A DNA stretch of 63,977 bases, filler included, from Folioceros fuciformis (lineage: Eukaryota), in NCBI GenBank assembly GCA_049999805.1. It is 14 parts of 14 records of this genome, joined end to end, with 100 filler letters (N's around TTAATTAATTAA, not from the genome) between each part and the next. Parts side by side here need not be neighbours in the genome. Positions count along the whole stretch, not along the records: positions 23,728 to 29,064 come from JBNGIO010001826.1; positions 29,165 to 37,913 come from JBNGIO010001827.1; 12 more parts are not named here. One strand, written 5' to 3'. The notes below the pieces were generated by a model. That model was not told the DNA's origin. It searched no databases and was given only the letters and a program-made list of their open reading frames with translations. Within the stretch, counting starts at the first letter, position 1. Every line of letters starts with the position of its first letter. This document shows, piece by piece, positions 23,728 to 36,184 of the stretch. A program made the translations under genes and the position numbers.

Positions 23728-24943
23728 CGGCCTCGGACTCGAGCACGATAATGAGCTCAAAAGGGCTGGCCATGGACGCCAGCTCCGGGGGGCAGTACGG
23801 GCCCTGCACGATCCCGGCCCTCTGCGCGCAGAATCTCATCTTCTGCTTGGCTCTGTCGTCCCAGATGGCGGGTACTGTGAGGCACCACTGCACGTGCGCC
23901 ATGTTGAGGTTGCCCGCCGACTGGTAGCTGTTCTTCAGGTGCTGCACGATAAAATCCGCAATGTGTTGCAGGAAATCGGTGATGGCTCTCTCCACCGTCA
24001 CGCCGGGCGGGAGGTTCATGTACGGCTCGTGCCTCAGCCAGGTTTTGCCGTTGTCCGGCTGCGGGAGCTGGACAGCAGCAAGCTGCAAATCTGTCCCTTC
24101 CAGCTCCCGCAGCCCCAGAGCCTCATCCCGATTCTGATTCCGATCAGAGTACCAATCCCGATCCCGTGCCAGGAACTGATTATCAACGCAACCTCCTTCC
24201 GAGGACAGTGGCTGGAACTGATTATCAATGCCACCTCCTGCCGAGGACGGTGGCCGGAACTGATTATCGATGCCACCTCTTGCCGAGGATAGTGGCCGGA
24301 ACTGATTATCAGTGCCACTTCCCGGAGTGGGTGGTGGTTGCTGAGGGGTGACATGCTCGGATTCGGATTCAACATCCTCCACGATATTTCCGCTACCGCA
24401 GAACATCCAACACATACCCGCTCCGGATTTGCCCTTCCCGGACTTGGTCTTGAGCCTGGTCTGAGGCTGGGGCTGGGGCTTGGGCTGCTGTCGCTGCTTG
24501 CCCAGATCTCCGAAATCGGCTGTGTCCAAGCCGTCCACCAGATGGAGCTTGAAGCGATTCACGAAGAATCCGACTTGGTGCTGCACGTCCCGCTCGATGT
24601 GTGGAGCCGCAGATGAGGATGAGTCGTCTGGCTTGGGCTGGGTTGCAGCAACACGGCGATCCCGGCGGACGCCCTGCATACTTCTGAGGAAGTGCTGCTG
24701 GGCGGGCCACGCCCATTTGCTCACCACGTACTCGGGATCGGCATCGGACTGGAGCTGCGAATTGAGCTCATAGAAGAGGCTAGTCTGCGTCTTGATGTAG
24801 GGCACGGGCTGGCTTGGCCAATCGTAGTGGGCGTAGATTCGCTCGGGTTCGTCTGTGTGACAAAAGGCAAAGCCGGAGAATGTCGTCCCGAAATCCAAAC
24901 CAACCACGAGCCTTGGACGCTGGCTCTGGCCGGGCCTGCCCAT
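23728..24943 (-). CDS. HSPA12-like atypical Hsp70 (actin-like ATPase), 5' part, 3' end cut by contig end
   Basis: LVVGLDFGTTFSGFAF...WP...YIKTQTSLFY...WAW...FKLHL...AITDFL...WCLTVPAIWDDRAKQKMRFCAQRAG...LIIVLESEA, which is the HSPA12 nucleotide-binding-domain pattern. Confidence 0.88.
24172..24311 (-). repeat. 42-bp in-frame coding tandem repeat (DNQFRPxSSxGGGI) x ~3.3
   Basis: GGAACTGATTATC starts at 24172, 24214, 24256 and 24298. Confidence 0.92.
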
Positions 24944-25088
24944 TTACTCCGCCTGCAAGCACGAAATCCAAATCACTCTGGTCAGTTCATTGCATTCACT
25001 CCACTCGCTTTCATTCGCTCCTCACGTCACAGCAGGAGCTCGCCGCCGGATGCCATCCGTAAGTGTCACACTACCAGTGCTGCTGCTG

Positions 25089-25140
25089 GCTGGCACTGGC
25101 ACTGGCTCTGGCTCTGGCTCTGGCTTGGGCTCTGGCGCTG
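25089..25140. repeat. (TGGCTC/TGGCAC)n hexamer microsatellite upstream of the HSPA12-like gene
   Basis: Read directly from the sequence. Confidence 0.7.
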
Positions 25141-27079
25141 TCGCTCTTGTTGCTCGCACGATCAATTGACACAGTCACGGCCATTCTCTCCTTGTCATAG
25201 GCCCTGGCGGACAGGCCTCTGTGCATCCCACAACCCGTCCCCACAATCGAGGCAACTGAACGCAAACCCAAGCAACGACTGTACGTCCGGGCTGCAACTT
25301 GCGAGATCGTAACATTACAGTTGTGGCTGGCTGGTGGAGCTCAGCCTTTCCTTTTCCCCGCCTCGCGTCAGGAGACAGCTGTGGTCCAGACAGTCAATGG
25401 TGTGCCTGTGGATCTCCTTATTTTTAGGGATTACAGCCACGCGTGATGCGATATGCATCAGCTCCGGTGTAGCAGGACTAACCAAGAAAGGAGGAGTCCG
25501 GTCACATTACACCGGTGAGGAGCATTTTCGGAGTCCGATATGAACCTTCTTCTGCAAGGGACACACGTGCTCAGCAGCCAAGTTGTTCATTCACGGCACA
25601 CGGTCAAAGACTTCGGAGCCTCGGTCCTATGGAACAGGTCACCACCTTCCCCAGCTGTCCACGAATGCAAAATACAGATAGCAGCGTCGAATGTCATAAA
25701 TGTACAGTACTCGGCAACTGGTTTGCTAATGGGTAGCTCTTCGCAAAATTTTCCGACACCTTGACACTACAGTACGCACGATCTCATTATCAGGCGCGGA
25801 AAGGGCGACGGCGCTGCTACTCACAAGAAACCACCGATGAGCAAGCATGAAACTCAGGAGACGGGAATGGAGAGACAGCCTTCAGTTTCATGGAATGTGA
25901 TGTGTTTTGATCACTGGCACCATACAGAGCAACAGCGCTAGGCTGTCAAGCTTCAATGCACAGCTCCCTCACATCTCCGTTCTTCGGTAATCACAAGGCC
26001 AAAAACACAGACCACCAGAGTAGATCAAACAACAGTACAAGGGAGGGTTCCAGACTGCGAGAATTCACATTGGACAGGTTCGACTGGAGCATAATCAAGC
26101 AAGCAACACAATACAAATAGGACACAGGGCTTTGCATACAGCACATAACGAGCTTGCGCGGTCTCCAGTGGTCTACAGAACCTAACTCACAATTGCACAC
26201 ACACCAGTAATGAAAAAGCAGTCGTGTACACAGGTTGTAAATAATGGGAAGGCAACATGCTCAGAAAGACAATTGGAGCAACACAAGCCAGGCCCACAAG
26301 GCTAGGCAAGTAAGAGTACAATGAACTGAGCGAGAGACTGGGAGCGAAAAATGTTGAGCAGCCCCAAGCACTCTTCAGTCCATGGATTTCACTTTCAGGC
26401 TGTCAGGGATGGGGCCAGCCAACCCTTCCAGCTCTGTGACCCTACCGATTGGTCCCATATCTGCATCGCTAGACGTCAAACCCGTCATAAAGTCAGCCGC
26501 ACTGCTGCTACCTCATCTGTTCTTCAAAATTCGAACTGATATCACAATGAAGGTAGCAACTTAATTATACCTCATCTCTCAAGATTCAACTGCCTTTGGG
26601 CCTTGCCTCCAGCAGAATCAATCCAGGAGGACAGCTTCTCGAAATAGCCTGCAACCGCATATGACGAACACCTCTTACATTGCTTCACCTTTCACCTCTT
26701 ACAGAAAAGAAGTCGACCTCGCGGGACTCTTGTTAGCCCTACTTCCACATGCTGGCTTATGACTAAATACACCTGCAGCACTCGCTAGCCGGTCTCCTGT
26801 AACCACCCATAACATTGTAGACGTTGTCTCCACCTCCAATGTTGCAACGCCTTGAGGGCTATAGAAAAAGCATTGAAGCATGGACAGCCCGGCCTGTAGT
26901 TTAGTGCCCTGTGCTACGGCGCATGAGTTTCAAATCCATTTGTTAGTTTAGCCCCCTACCTGACTGAACAACATAGATAAGAAAATTCCACAAAACTGCA
27001 GCATCCAATTTGCTGACCACTTGAGGTTGCTGCCCTGTTAGGAACTAAGCATACAAGAGCACAAGGCCGGGGGGAATGA

Positions 27080-29064
27080 TCAGGATGATACAGCCAACTT
27101 CTGAAGATGCTCAACAAACACTTGCAAGCTGACGTCATCCGTAAAAATAATGTCTCCTCCTGGAGCAGGACTGTTGACTGAGTTGTATGTAGCAGACGGA
27201 TTCAACTTGGCAAGAAGAAACCTTGCTTGCGACGTATGTTGATCACAATCCACCAGACGAGGCACAGGAAAGCGGTCCTTGATAATAGCCGCAGCATCAT
27301 CATGTGGTGCTTGTAAGAGGGCAGCAAAAGCCTGATGCTCAGGTTGATATTGAAAACCTCTTTGGCGCCACTGGGCAATAGTCATACCTCGGAACACAAC
27401 GATGGTGAAGTAAGAGTCCAGGAGCAACAGACGATCCGCAGCAATGGCTGCCACATCCAGTAACGCAGGCTCCGGCGGGGAGTTGAAGGAGTAAGAAATA
27501 AGGGATGGCTGGATCATGACCAAAGAGTTGGTCACATTCTCTCTGTTGAGAACCATCCGAAAATATGCAGTCTCGTCTGGGCTGTTATTGAACACTTGCA
27601 CAAATTGCGATCTGCGGAGGTTGAACATAAACTGCGGATATATGGTGAACCTGTCAGGGAAGCTGAAAGAGCTAGGGTCATCCTTCCTGTACCCTCCGAA
27701 CCTAGAAGACAACCGGATGAGAGCTCTATCCAGCCAGCGTGTGGCATCGAACTCAGGTTCCGTTTCCATCTGGAAGGAGGCTAACCTGGCCATTACCACA
27801 GCCGCAGCCTCCTGATCAAAACCCAACACCAGTTCCTCCACCGCAGATGGGCCATCCGCAGTCGGTCTTGCCACCGTGGTCGAGCGAAGCCTCATCTGGC
27901 CGTCAGGATGCTGATAGTAAGTCACAAACTGCAAGAAAACCTGCTGCTTCATAGCTAACCCCTGACTAGCTGACGTCCCACCGGGAGTGGCGACCACCTC
28001 GAAAAACACCGCCAGTGTTGTGCTGCGGTCAAGCCCACACAGCTTCCACGCCGTCGTATTTCCCTGCCCAATTACAACGTCCGAACACAAGGGCCCTTTC
28101 TTGTCCACGGAAGAGCAGGGACCTATAGTTCCCTGCACCTTGACGTCCTTGGAGCAGGTTACCTCGAACAAGCCGTTGCAGGCCAGGCCAAGGGCGTGAT
28201 CCCCCACCTCAAAAATCCTCGCAAACGAATCCTTGAACACAGAATGCCCGAAGCTCTCCGCCAGCACCACCAAACCCCCGGTCCGCTCCACTGCCACCTT
28301 CATCTCCGCAACCCCGACCTGATCCAGCGCGCAGGCGAAGAGATCCAGCACATGTCCCTGAGTCACGAGCTGCTTGGCCAACCCCTCGTAAAACTTGAGC
28401 GCCTTGAGGTAGTGCGGAACGGCGTCCTTGTCAATATCCTTGTGCGACCTGATCGCTTCCTGCAAATCCGACGACACGATAGTTCCAGGCCCCTCTGTGC
28501 AGGGGCCCCCGACGAAGGTCAGGATTCGAGCTCCCGTCCCCGGCACGCATGCCCCTAGCAAAGCGGCAGCAACTCCCAACGCCGTGCTGGTACAGCGGGA
28601 GGCCCGCTTGTCGGACTGCACGGGGAAGGGATCCCGCTGCAGCTCCTCAAGCACGGCGGTGAGCGTGAGTTCACACTCCGCCACAGGAAGCAGGAAGCGA
28701 GACACGTTGGTGGGAGCGATCCCATCTCGCCTGGCCCCCGGATGCTGGTGCAGTCCGGCTCCGAGAGCCGTGAGCCCTAGCATGTCCAGAATCTGCTCCC
28801 TGCTCACATCCTTGGACCCCCGGAACACATAGGACTTTGGACACTCGGTGAATCCCAATTCGTGCACATGCACCTGCATCCCGAAGGTTATGAGCCCGAC
28901 CAGCGCATTATCCGGAACCAAGGACACGGCCCGACTCAGCGCTTGCTTCAAGAACCCCAGCTCCTCCTCGATCAGGCACGTGTCCAGCACGAAAAGGAAG
29001 ACGGGAGCCACCGCCGCCTCCCCAGGCATCACATACTCCAAGCTCGTGAACTGCTGGTAGAGCT
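27080..29064 (-). CDS. SEC23: COPII coat protein Sec23, 5'-truncated by contig end
   Basis: [105 protein letters not shown]. Confidence 0.97.
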
Positions 29065-29164
29065 NNNNNNNNNNNNNNNNNNNNNNNNNNNNNNNNNNNN
29101 NNNNNNNNTTAATTAATTAANNNNNNNNNNNNNNNNNNNNNNNNNNNNNNNNNNNNNNNNNNNN

Positions 29165-32100
29165 ATTGAACTGTATAACCAAATGCGACGTGTGAATTTG
29201 GATCCTGATAGCCATGTAGTTGTGGCAGTCCTCAAGGCGTGTGTCCGCGCAGCGGATTTGGCAACTGGCAAGCAGGTTCATGCTGATTGGTTAGGAAGCG
29301 GGACCCAGCCTAGCCTGTTCGTGGGCAGCAGCCTTGTGGACATGTATGTGAAATGTGGCAGCTTAGATGATGCTCGCTTAGTGTTCGATAGTCTCCCGGA
29401 AAGAGATGTGGTGATCTGGACTGCCATAATTGCAGAGTATGCTAACCAGGGGCTTGTTGGAGAAGCTCTCACGCTATACGCGCGTATGCAGAAAAGAAGG
29501 CTTCAGTGTAGCAAATCACTTCACATTTGTTTGCCTACTCAATGCCTGTGCAAGTGCAGGGGCTTCGCGTGAAGGGAGGCATCTGCATTCACATATTCAG
29601 GAAAGGTGTCTGGAAGCTCATGTGTTTGTTGGCAGCAGCTAGGTGGAAATGTACGCTAAATGTGAGAGGTTAGAAGATGCACGAAGGCTGTTTGATCGAT
29701 TGCCAACCAAAGATACAGCAACATGGAATGCCATGATTGGTGGTTACGCGGAGCATGGATATGGTCAAGAAGCCTTGTCACTCTATGCAGGTATGCAACA
29801 GGTCGGTCTGAATCCTGCTGATCAGGTGACAGTTCTGTGTCTCCTGAAAGCTTGTGCAAGCATCAGAGATGTAGGCAATGGGGAGGAGCTCATATCTCAG
29901 CTTCAAGGAAAAGGACTGGAAGGTGACATGATGGTTGGCAGTGCCCTGGTCAACATGTATGTGAAATGTGGGAGCCTAGATGATGCCCAGAGGGTGTTTG
30001 ACAATCTGTCCACAAGAGATGTGGTGACGTGGAGGGCTATGATTGCAGGCTACGTAGAGCACGGGCGTTTTGAAGACGCCGTGTCTCTGTACAGTAGTAT
30101 GGAAGATGGAGCTTGCATCCAACCTGATCAAGTTACATTTGTGTGTCTCCTAAGAGCATGTGCCGGCATCGGAGCTCTGAACCAAGGGAGGCTGCTTCAC
30201 TTGAAACTTCAAGATCGGCAACTGGGAACTGATTTGGTGGTCAGCACCAGCCTAATGGACATGTATGCCAAATGTGGCAGCTTAGAAGAGGCTTGCGAAG
30301 TTTTTGAAAAGGTAAACAGAAAAGATTTGGGAATTTGGAATACAATGATCGCAGGGCATGTGCTACATGGGGACTGTCGGGGGGCACTTGCTCTGTATGC
30401 AAGGATGCGACAGGAGGGAACGAATCCTGACCCAGCTACCTTTGCATGCCTTCTGCAAGCGTGTGCCAGCACTGGCGCTCTGCATGATGGCAAGGAGCTT
30501 CATTCTGAGATTCAAGATCAAGGGATGGAAGATGATCTTGCAGCAAACAACAGTCTGATAAATATGTATGCCAAATGTGGCAACCTAGAAGATGCTCGCT
30601 AAGTGTTTGACAAATTGCCCTCAAAGGATGTTATAACTTGGACAACAATCATTGCGGGATATGCTCATCATGACCTAGGTGAGGAAGCCCTTTCTCTTTA
30701 TGAGGACATGCGCAAGGAAGGCTTAAATGTAGCTGATGACGTGACGTTTGCATGCCTTCTGAAAGCGTGTGCAAATGTTGGAGATATCCAACAGGGGCAG
30801 AAGCTTCATTCTGAGATCCAGAAAAGAGGACTGGACGGTGATGTGGTTATTGGCACCTCCCTTGTGGATATGTACGTAAAGCATGGAAAGTTTGAGCATG
30901 CCTAACGTGTGTTTGATAGGTTGTGCTTGAAAAGCGTGGTTACTTGGAATGCAATGATCACAGGACTTCTTCAGCACGGGTTGGACGAGGAAGTTCTCAA
31001 CCTTCATACAAGAATGCAAGACGAGGGTATTACCGCACCCGATCATCTTACATATTTGAGCATCCTAAAATCTTGTTCCAGAACTGGAAATTTGCGGCTG
31101 GGTCAACAACTTCATTCGCAACTTCAGCAGAAGGGTCTAGAAGCTGATCTGGCCATAGGCAGTAGACTGGTGGACATGTATGCCAAATGTGGCAGTGTAG
31201 AGGATGCTCGCAGGGTGTTTGACAGATTGCCCACAAGAGATGCAGTGACGTAGACTTCCTTAAGTGCAGGATATGCTCAACATGGACTCGGTCAGGACGC
31301 TCTGGCTCTTTACAAAATGATGCAAAATGAGGATCTGCCTCCAGCAGATCCTGTCACATATGTGTCGCTCCTAAGAGCGTGTGCCAGTGTTGGGGCTTTG
31401 CATCTGGGAATGCATCTTCACGCTGAGATTCAGGAAAGAGGGTACGAGGTGGATGGAGTGGTTGGCAACAGCCTGGTGGACATGTATGCAAAATGTGGCA
31501 GCTTACAGGATGCGCGTAGAGTATTCGACAGACTGCCCAAACCAGATGTAGTGACATGGACTGTGCTTATAACTGGTTATGCCCAACACGGTGCGAGCCA
31601 TATGGCAATCCAATGGTTCGAAGAGATGGTGCAGCACGGGGTTGAGCCCACTGATGTGACCTTTACCTGTCTTCTCGTAGCATGCAGTCATGAGGGCCTA
31701 GTGAACCCAGCCCAGCAGTACTTCAAGACGATGGTGGAGGACCATGGCATCAGCCCCAGTGTTCAACATTTCAGTTGCATGGTCGACATTCTTGGACGAT
31801 CAGGCCACCTGGACGAGGCGGAAATGATGCTCCGACAACTTCCTGTAAAATATTCTGTTGGATGGAGAACTTTGCTGAATGCTTGCAAAATCCACGGTGA
31901 CACAGAACGTGGACAGCGATGGTTTGACCATGTTGTTGAGTTAGAACCTGAAAACTCTGCTGCGTACACGTTGTTGGCAAGTACATACGCAACCGCTGGC
32001 AGATGGAGAGATGCACAGAGAATAGAAGACATGAGAAAAGCAGCAGGTGCTTTCAAAAAGCCTGCAAGGGCATGGATTGAGGTGAACAAAAGAATTCAAA

Positions 32101-32459
32101 CATTCATTGTCGGGGAAGAGAGGGATGACACCTCCTCCAAGCTCAAGAGTATGAATATGCAGTTGGTGCAACAAGGGGGCCACGTTCCACACACAGGACT
32201 GGTACTGAAGCCAGTCTCAGAAACTGAAAAGGAAGCCGCCCTGTGTGGTCACGCAGAGAAATTAGCACTGGCGTACGGGATGCTTAACACGGCCGATGGC
32301 TCGACTCTCCGAGTCACAAAAAATCTTCGAATGTGTACTGACTGCCACACTGGAACCAAGATGCTGTCCCGGACTGAAAAGAGGGAAATTATCGTGCGCG
32401 ATGATCATCGTATTCACCATTTTGTCAATGGCATGTGCTCATTTGGAGATGCGCCGTGA
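29165..32459 (+). pseudogene. PLS-class PPR-E-DYW (DYW:KP type) pseudogene
   Basis: Repeated LVDMYAKCGSLEDA.RVFD...DVVTW motifs, then KKPARAWIEV, HAEKLALA, CTDC. Lesions: +1 frameshift at about 29492-29495 and stops at 29640, 30600, 30903 and 31251; terminal CSFGDAP. Confidence 0.92.
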
Positions 32460-32815
32460 GATGGCCCCAACAAGTCTTTTCGTGCCTTCCTGCCGATTGT
32501 GTTGAGATCTCGGACTCTTGCAGAGATTTCCCTTGCAGCCGTCGATACCCACAAGCTCAGATCTGCGGCCTTCGTGTACCTGAAGTGTCAAACGCCAACT
32601 CTTCATGGCTTCCCGTCCCACAAAATTTTCTCCACCCGGTTTTCCTGGATATTGATTAACTTCGAATATATTTATCGTTATTGTTATTATTGTCATCCGC
32701 CAGAGGTATTGTATCAATCCGCCCGTTGTTCCTCCAAACATGGGGACCAGGTCGCCAGCAAAAAGTGTGGTCTCCTAAGCAGAAACCGCCCGTGGAAAGC
32801 AAGCTGAAGATTCTG

Positions 32816-35800
32816 TCAATTGCGATCCCCACAAGAACAGAATCCATTCACAAAATGGTGAACACGGTGCTCATCTCTGACGATGATCTCTCTCTGTTCT
32901 ATTCTGGACATGATCTTAGTGCCATTGTGGCAGTCATGGCACATACGGAGGTTCTTACTGACTCGCAAAACTGTCCTATTCGGGGTGTTGAGGAGGCCAT
33001 ATGCCAGTGCCAGTTTCTCCGCATGTCCACACAAGGAATCTTCCTTCTCGCTCTCTGACGTTGGCTTCATCACCAGCTCCGTGTGTGGAACATGGCCTCC
33101 CTGTTGCTTCAACTGGAGGGTCACGCTGTTCAGTTTGGAATGAATGTCATCTCTTTCGTCCCCAACGATGAAGGAGTGGGTTCTGTCGTTCACTTCGATC
33201 CAGGCCCTTGCCGGCTTCTTGTACGCACCAGCAGATATTCTCAAGCCTTCTATCCGCTCCACGTCTCTCCACATACGGGAGCTGGCATACAAGTTTGCCA
33301 ACAGCACATAAGGCCCAGCATTTCGAGGTTCGACTTGGACGAGAGAGTCGAAGCATCGGGTTGCACGTTGGATATCACCGTGTGCTCTGCAGGCGCTCAG
33401 CAGTGACGTCCATCCCACCACATTGCTCTCAAACGGTAAACTTTGCAGCATGCTTTCTGCCTCGTCGAGGTGGCCTGCCCGACCCAGGACGTCAACCATG
33501 ATGTTGCAGTGATGAACACTGGCTGGGATGCCAAAGTCTTGGACCATAGCTCTGAAATAGTGGCGGGCCTCATGGACAAGGCCGTTGTGACTGCATGCCA
33601 CAAGGAGACACAAAAATGTAGCATCGTTGGGCTCCACGCCCTGGTGCTGCATCTCTTGATAACACCGAACTGCCATTGTGCTGTTGCTGTGCTGGCTATA
33701 GCCATTTAGCAGTGCGTTCCATGTCACCACGTTCTTCGAGGGTAGTCTGTCAAACACCTGTTGGGCGCCGTCTAAGCTTCCACATTTTGCAAACATGTCC
33801 ACAAGGCTGCTGCCGACAGCCACGTCTGCTTCCAGCCCCCTTTCCTGTATCTGTGAATGAAGGTGCCTCCCCTGGTTTAACGCTCCAACACTGGCACATG
33901 CTTTCAGCAGGCAGATAAACGTGACAGTATTGGGTGGTTTTGTGGCCTCCTGTTGCATCCGTGCGAACAGAGTGAGGGCCTCCTGGCCAAGCCCATGCTG
34001 CGCATACCCTGCAATCAGAACGTTCCATGTCACTACATCCTTCGTTGGCAGTCTATCAAACACTGCACGAGCATACTCTAAGCTGCCGCATCTTGCATAC
34101 ATGTCCACCAGGCTGCTGCCAACACCAGCATCAGCTTCCAGTTCTCTTGCTTGAACCTCGCAGTGCAGCTCCTTGCCCTTGCTCAACGCTTCAGCGCAGG
34201 AGCATGCATTCAGGAGGCAGACGAATGTAACTGGATCCGCTAAAATCATTCCTTCTCGCTGCATATCTGCATACAGATCGAAGGCCGCTTGACAAAAGCC
34301 CCATTGAGCATATGCAGTGAGCATGGCATTCCATGTAACAACATTCTTGGTTGACAGGTGGTCAAACACTTTGCGGGCAGCCTCTAGGCTTCCACATTTA
34401 GCATACATAGCCACCAGGCTGCTGCCCAGAGCAACATCAGCTTCGAGTCCCCTTTCCACAATATGGAGATGAAGCTGCTTGCCCTGATGCACAGCTCCAA
34501 TGCTTGCACATGCTTTCAGAAGGGAACCCAATGTCGCAGGATCAGCTGAAACCACGCCCTTCTCCCGCATATCTGCGTACAACATGAGGGCTTCTCGACC
34601 AAGCCCGTGCTGCACGTATCCGGCAATCATCGCATTCCATGTCACGACATCTTTCTTAGGCATCCTATCAAACACCCTGCGAGCTTCCTCTAAGCTGCTA
34701 CACTTAGCATACATGTCGACCACGCAGTTACCAACAGTCACGTCAGCTTCAAACCCTCTTTCCTGAATCTCAAGATGAAGCTCCCTGCCGTCACACAGGG
34801 CTCCAGCACTGGCACATGCTTTAAGAAGGCAAACGAACGTGACATGATTAGCCGGAATCTTGCTCTCCTGCTGCATGATTCTATACAACCCAAGGGCCTC
34901 CTTAAAAAGACCATGCTTGGCATATCCTGTGATCATAGAATTCCATGTCACAACATCTTTCGTGCACAAACTGTTAAATACTCTTCGTGCATCCTCTAGA
35001 CTACCGCACTTGGCATACATGTCCACCAGGGAGTTGCCCACGAATATATTAGGCTCAAGCACACTTCTCACAACATCTGCATGCACCTGCTTGCCAGACT
35101 GTAAATCCACTGCACTCGAACACGCCTTGAGGACTGCCACAAAAACATGGTTGGTAGGCTTCACATTCGATTGCCGCATCTGCTGGTACAGCTGCACAGC
35201 CTGCGCTGGCTGCCCATGTTCAGCATGTGCCAAAATCATGAAAGCCCATGAAAAGGTGTCCGGCGCTGCCAAGCTGCTAAACACCAGGGTTGCCTCTTGC
35301 AATTTCCCATGAGCAGCATACATGCGGATGATATGGTTGGCCAAGAATGTGCTCGACAGCTGCCCATGTTTCATACTGAGAGCATGCACCCGCCTTCCAA
35401 CCACCAAGCCATTCTTTGCACTGCACGCTTTGAGCACACTGTACAAGAGAAAGTCAGGAACATAAGACTGTCGCTGGACCATCAGGTCCAAAGCTTCCAC
35501 AGCCTCAGTAGTTTGTGCCTCGAAGCATACTTTGCTCCAGCCTCCAAACTCTGAAGTCCCATGCCCTGGCAGGCACGTCACCTTGTTCCAACTCCTGTCC
35601 CAACAGTTGTCGAGAAAGACGTCACACAATGCCACTGGTCGCTTTGATTCCACTGCAAGCCCAGTTCAGCGTGAGAATTCCTCCGGCCACCCACAACAGA
35701 ACGTCCCGCGCGTAATCGGCACTTACCGGGGCCAGCAACGGAGTCTCGTTGCTCCGCTGCCCCTTGTAGCGATGACAGATGTCTAAACCATTCCTCCATC

Positions 35801-35877
35801 TGGCTACAGGCTCGTGGTCTGCACTTGAACAGGCTCGACGCAACCGGGACGACTCCACCCAGACCTACCCCTCTCAT
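32816..35877 (-). CDS. Intact PLS-class PPR-E-DYW:KP RNA editing factor (candidate U-to-C editor)
   Basis: A 945-codon uninterrupted exon (35652..32816) with P-L-S arrays, KKPARAWIEV, HAEKLALA, CHDC and the end CSCGDRN. A phase-compatible 74-nt intron (35726..35653, GTAAGT...TGCAG) joins a 5' exon starting at ATG 35799 or 35877. Confidence 0.95.
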
Positions 35878-36184
35878 TTCACTCGAGAAGCCCCTCAGTC
35901 AACGTACGTGGGCAGAGTTAGGCACAGGGGATCCCCGATCGTGACCAAGTTCACTTCCGACCATCTCTAATTCTGCCCGAGGTGGCTGAACTAGCCAACC
36001 TTCCAAGGATTTGTGCAGTGAAAAGGTCTTTGGTGACGATCCACAGCACGAAGAGGTGCAGTCATCAGGAGATGTTGGGCACTTGTCTGTACCGACGTTT
36101 GGAATAGGAACATGCGTACAAGTGCTCGAGACGTAACACACAACAACGAAAGGCGGGACATCTTCCTTGCGAGCATCCATGCCC

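Noticed and set aside
30600-30905. TAA stops in the PPR pseudogene repaired by U-to-C editing (self-regulation)
   Set aside because: This is a nuclear gene that also has a frameshift and two TAG stops at Leu and Trp positions, which U-to-C editing cannot restore correctly.
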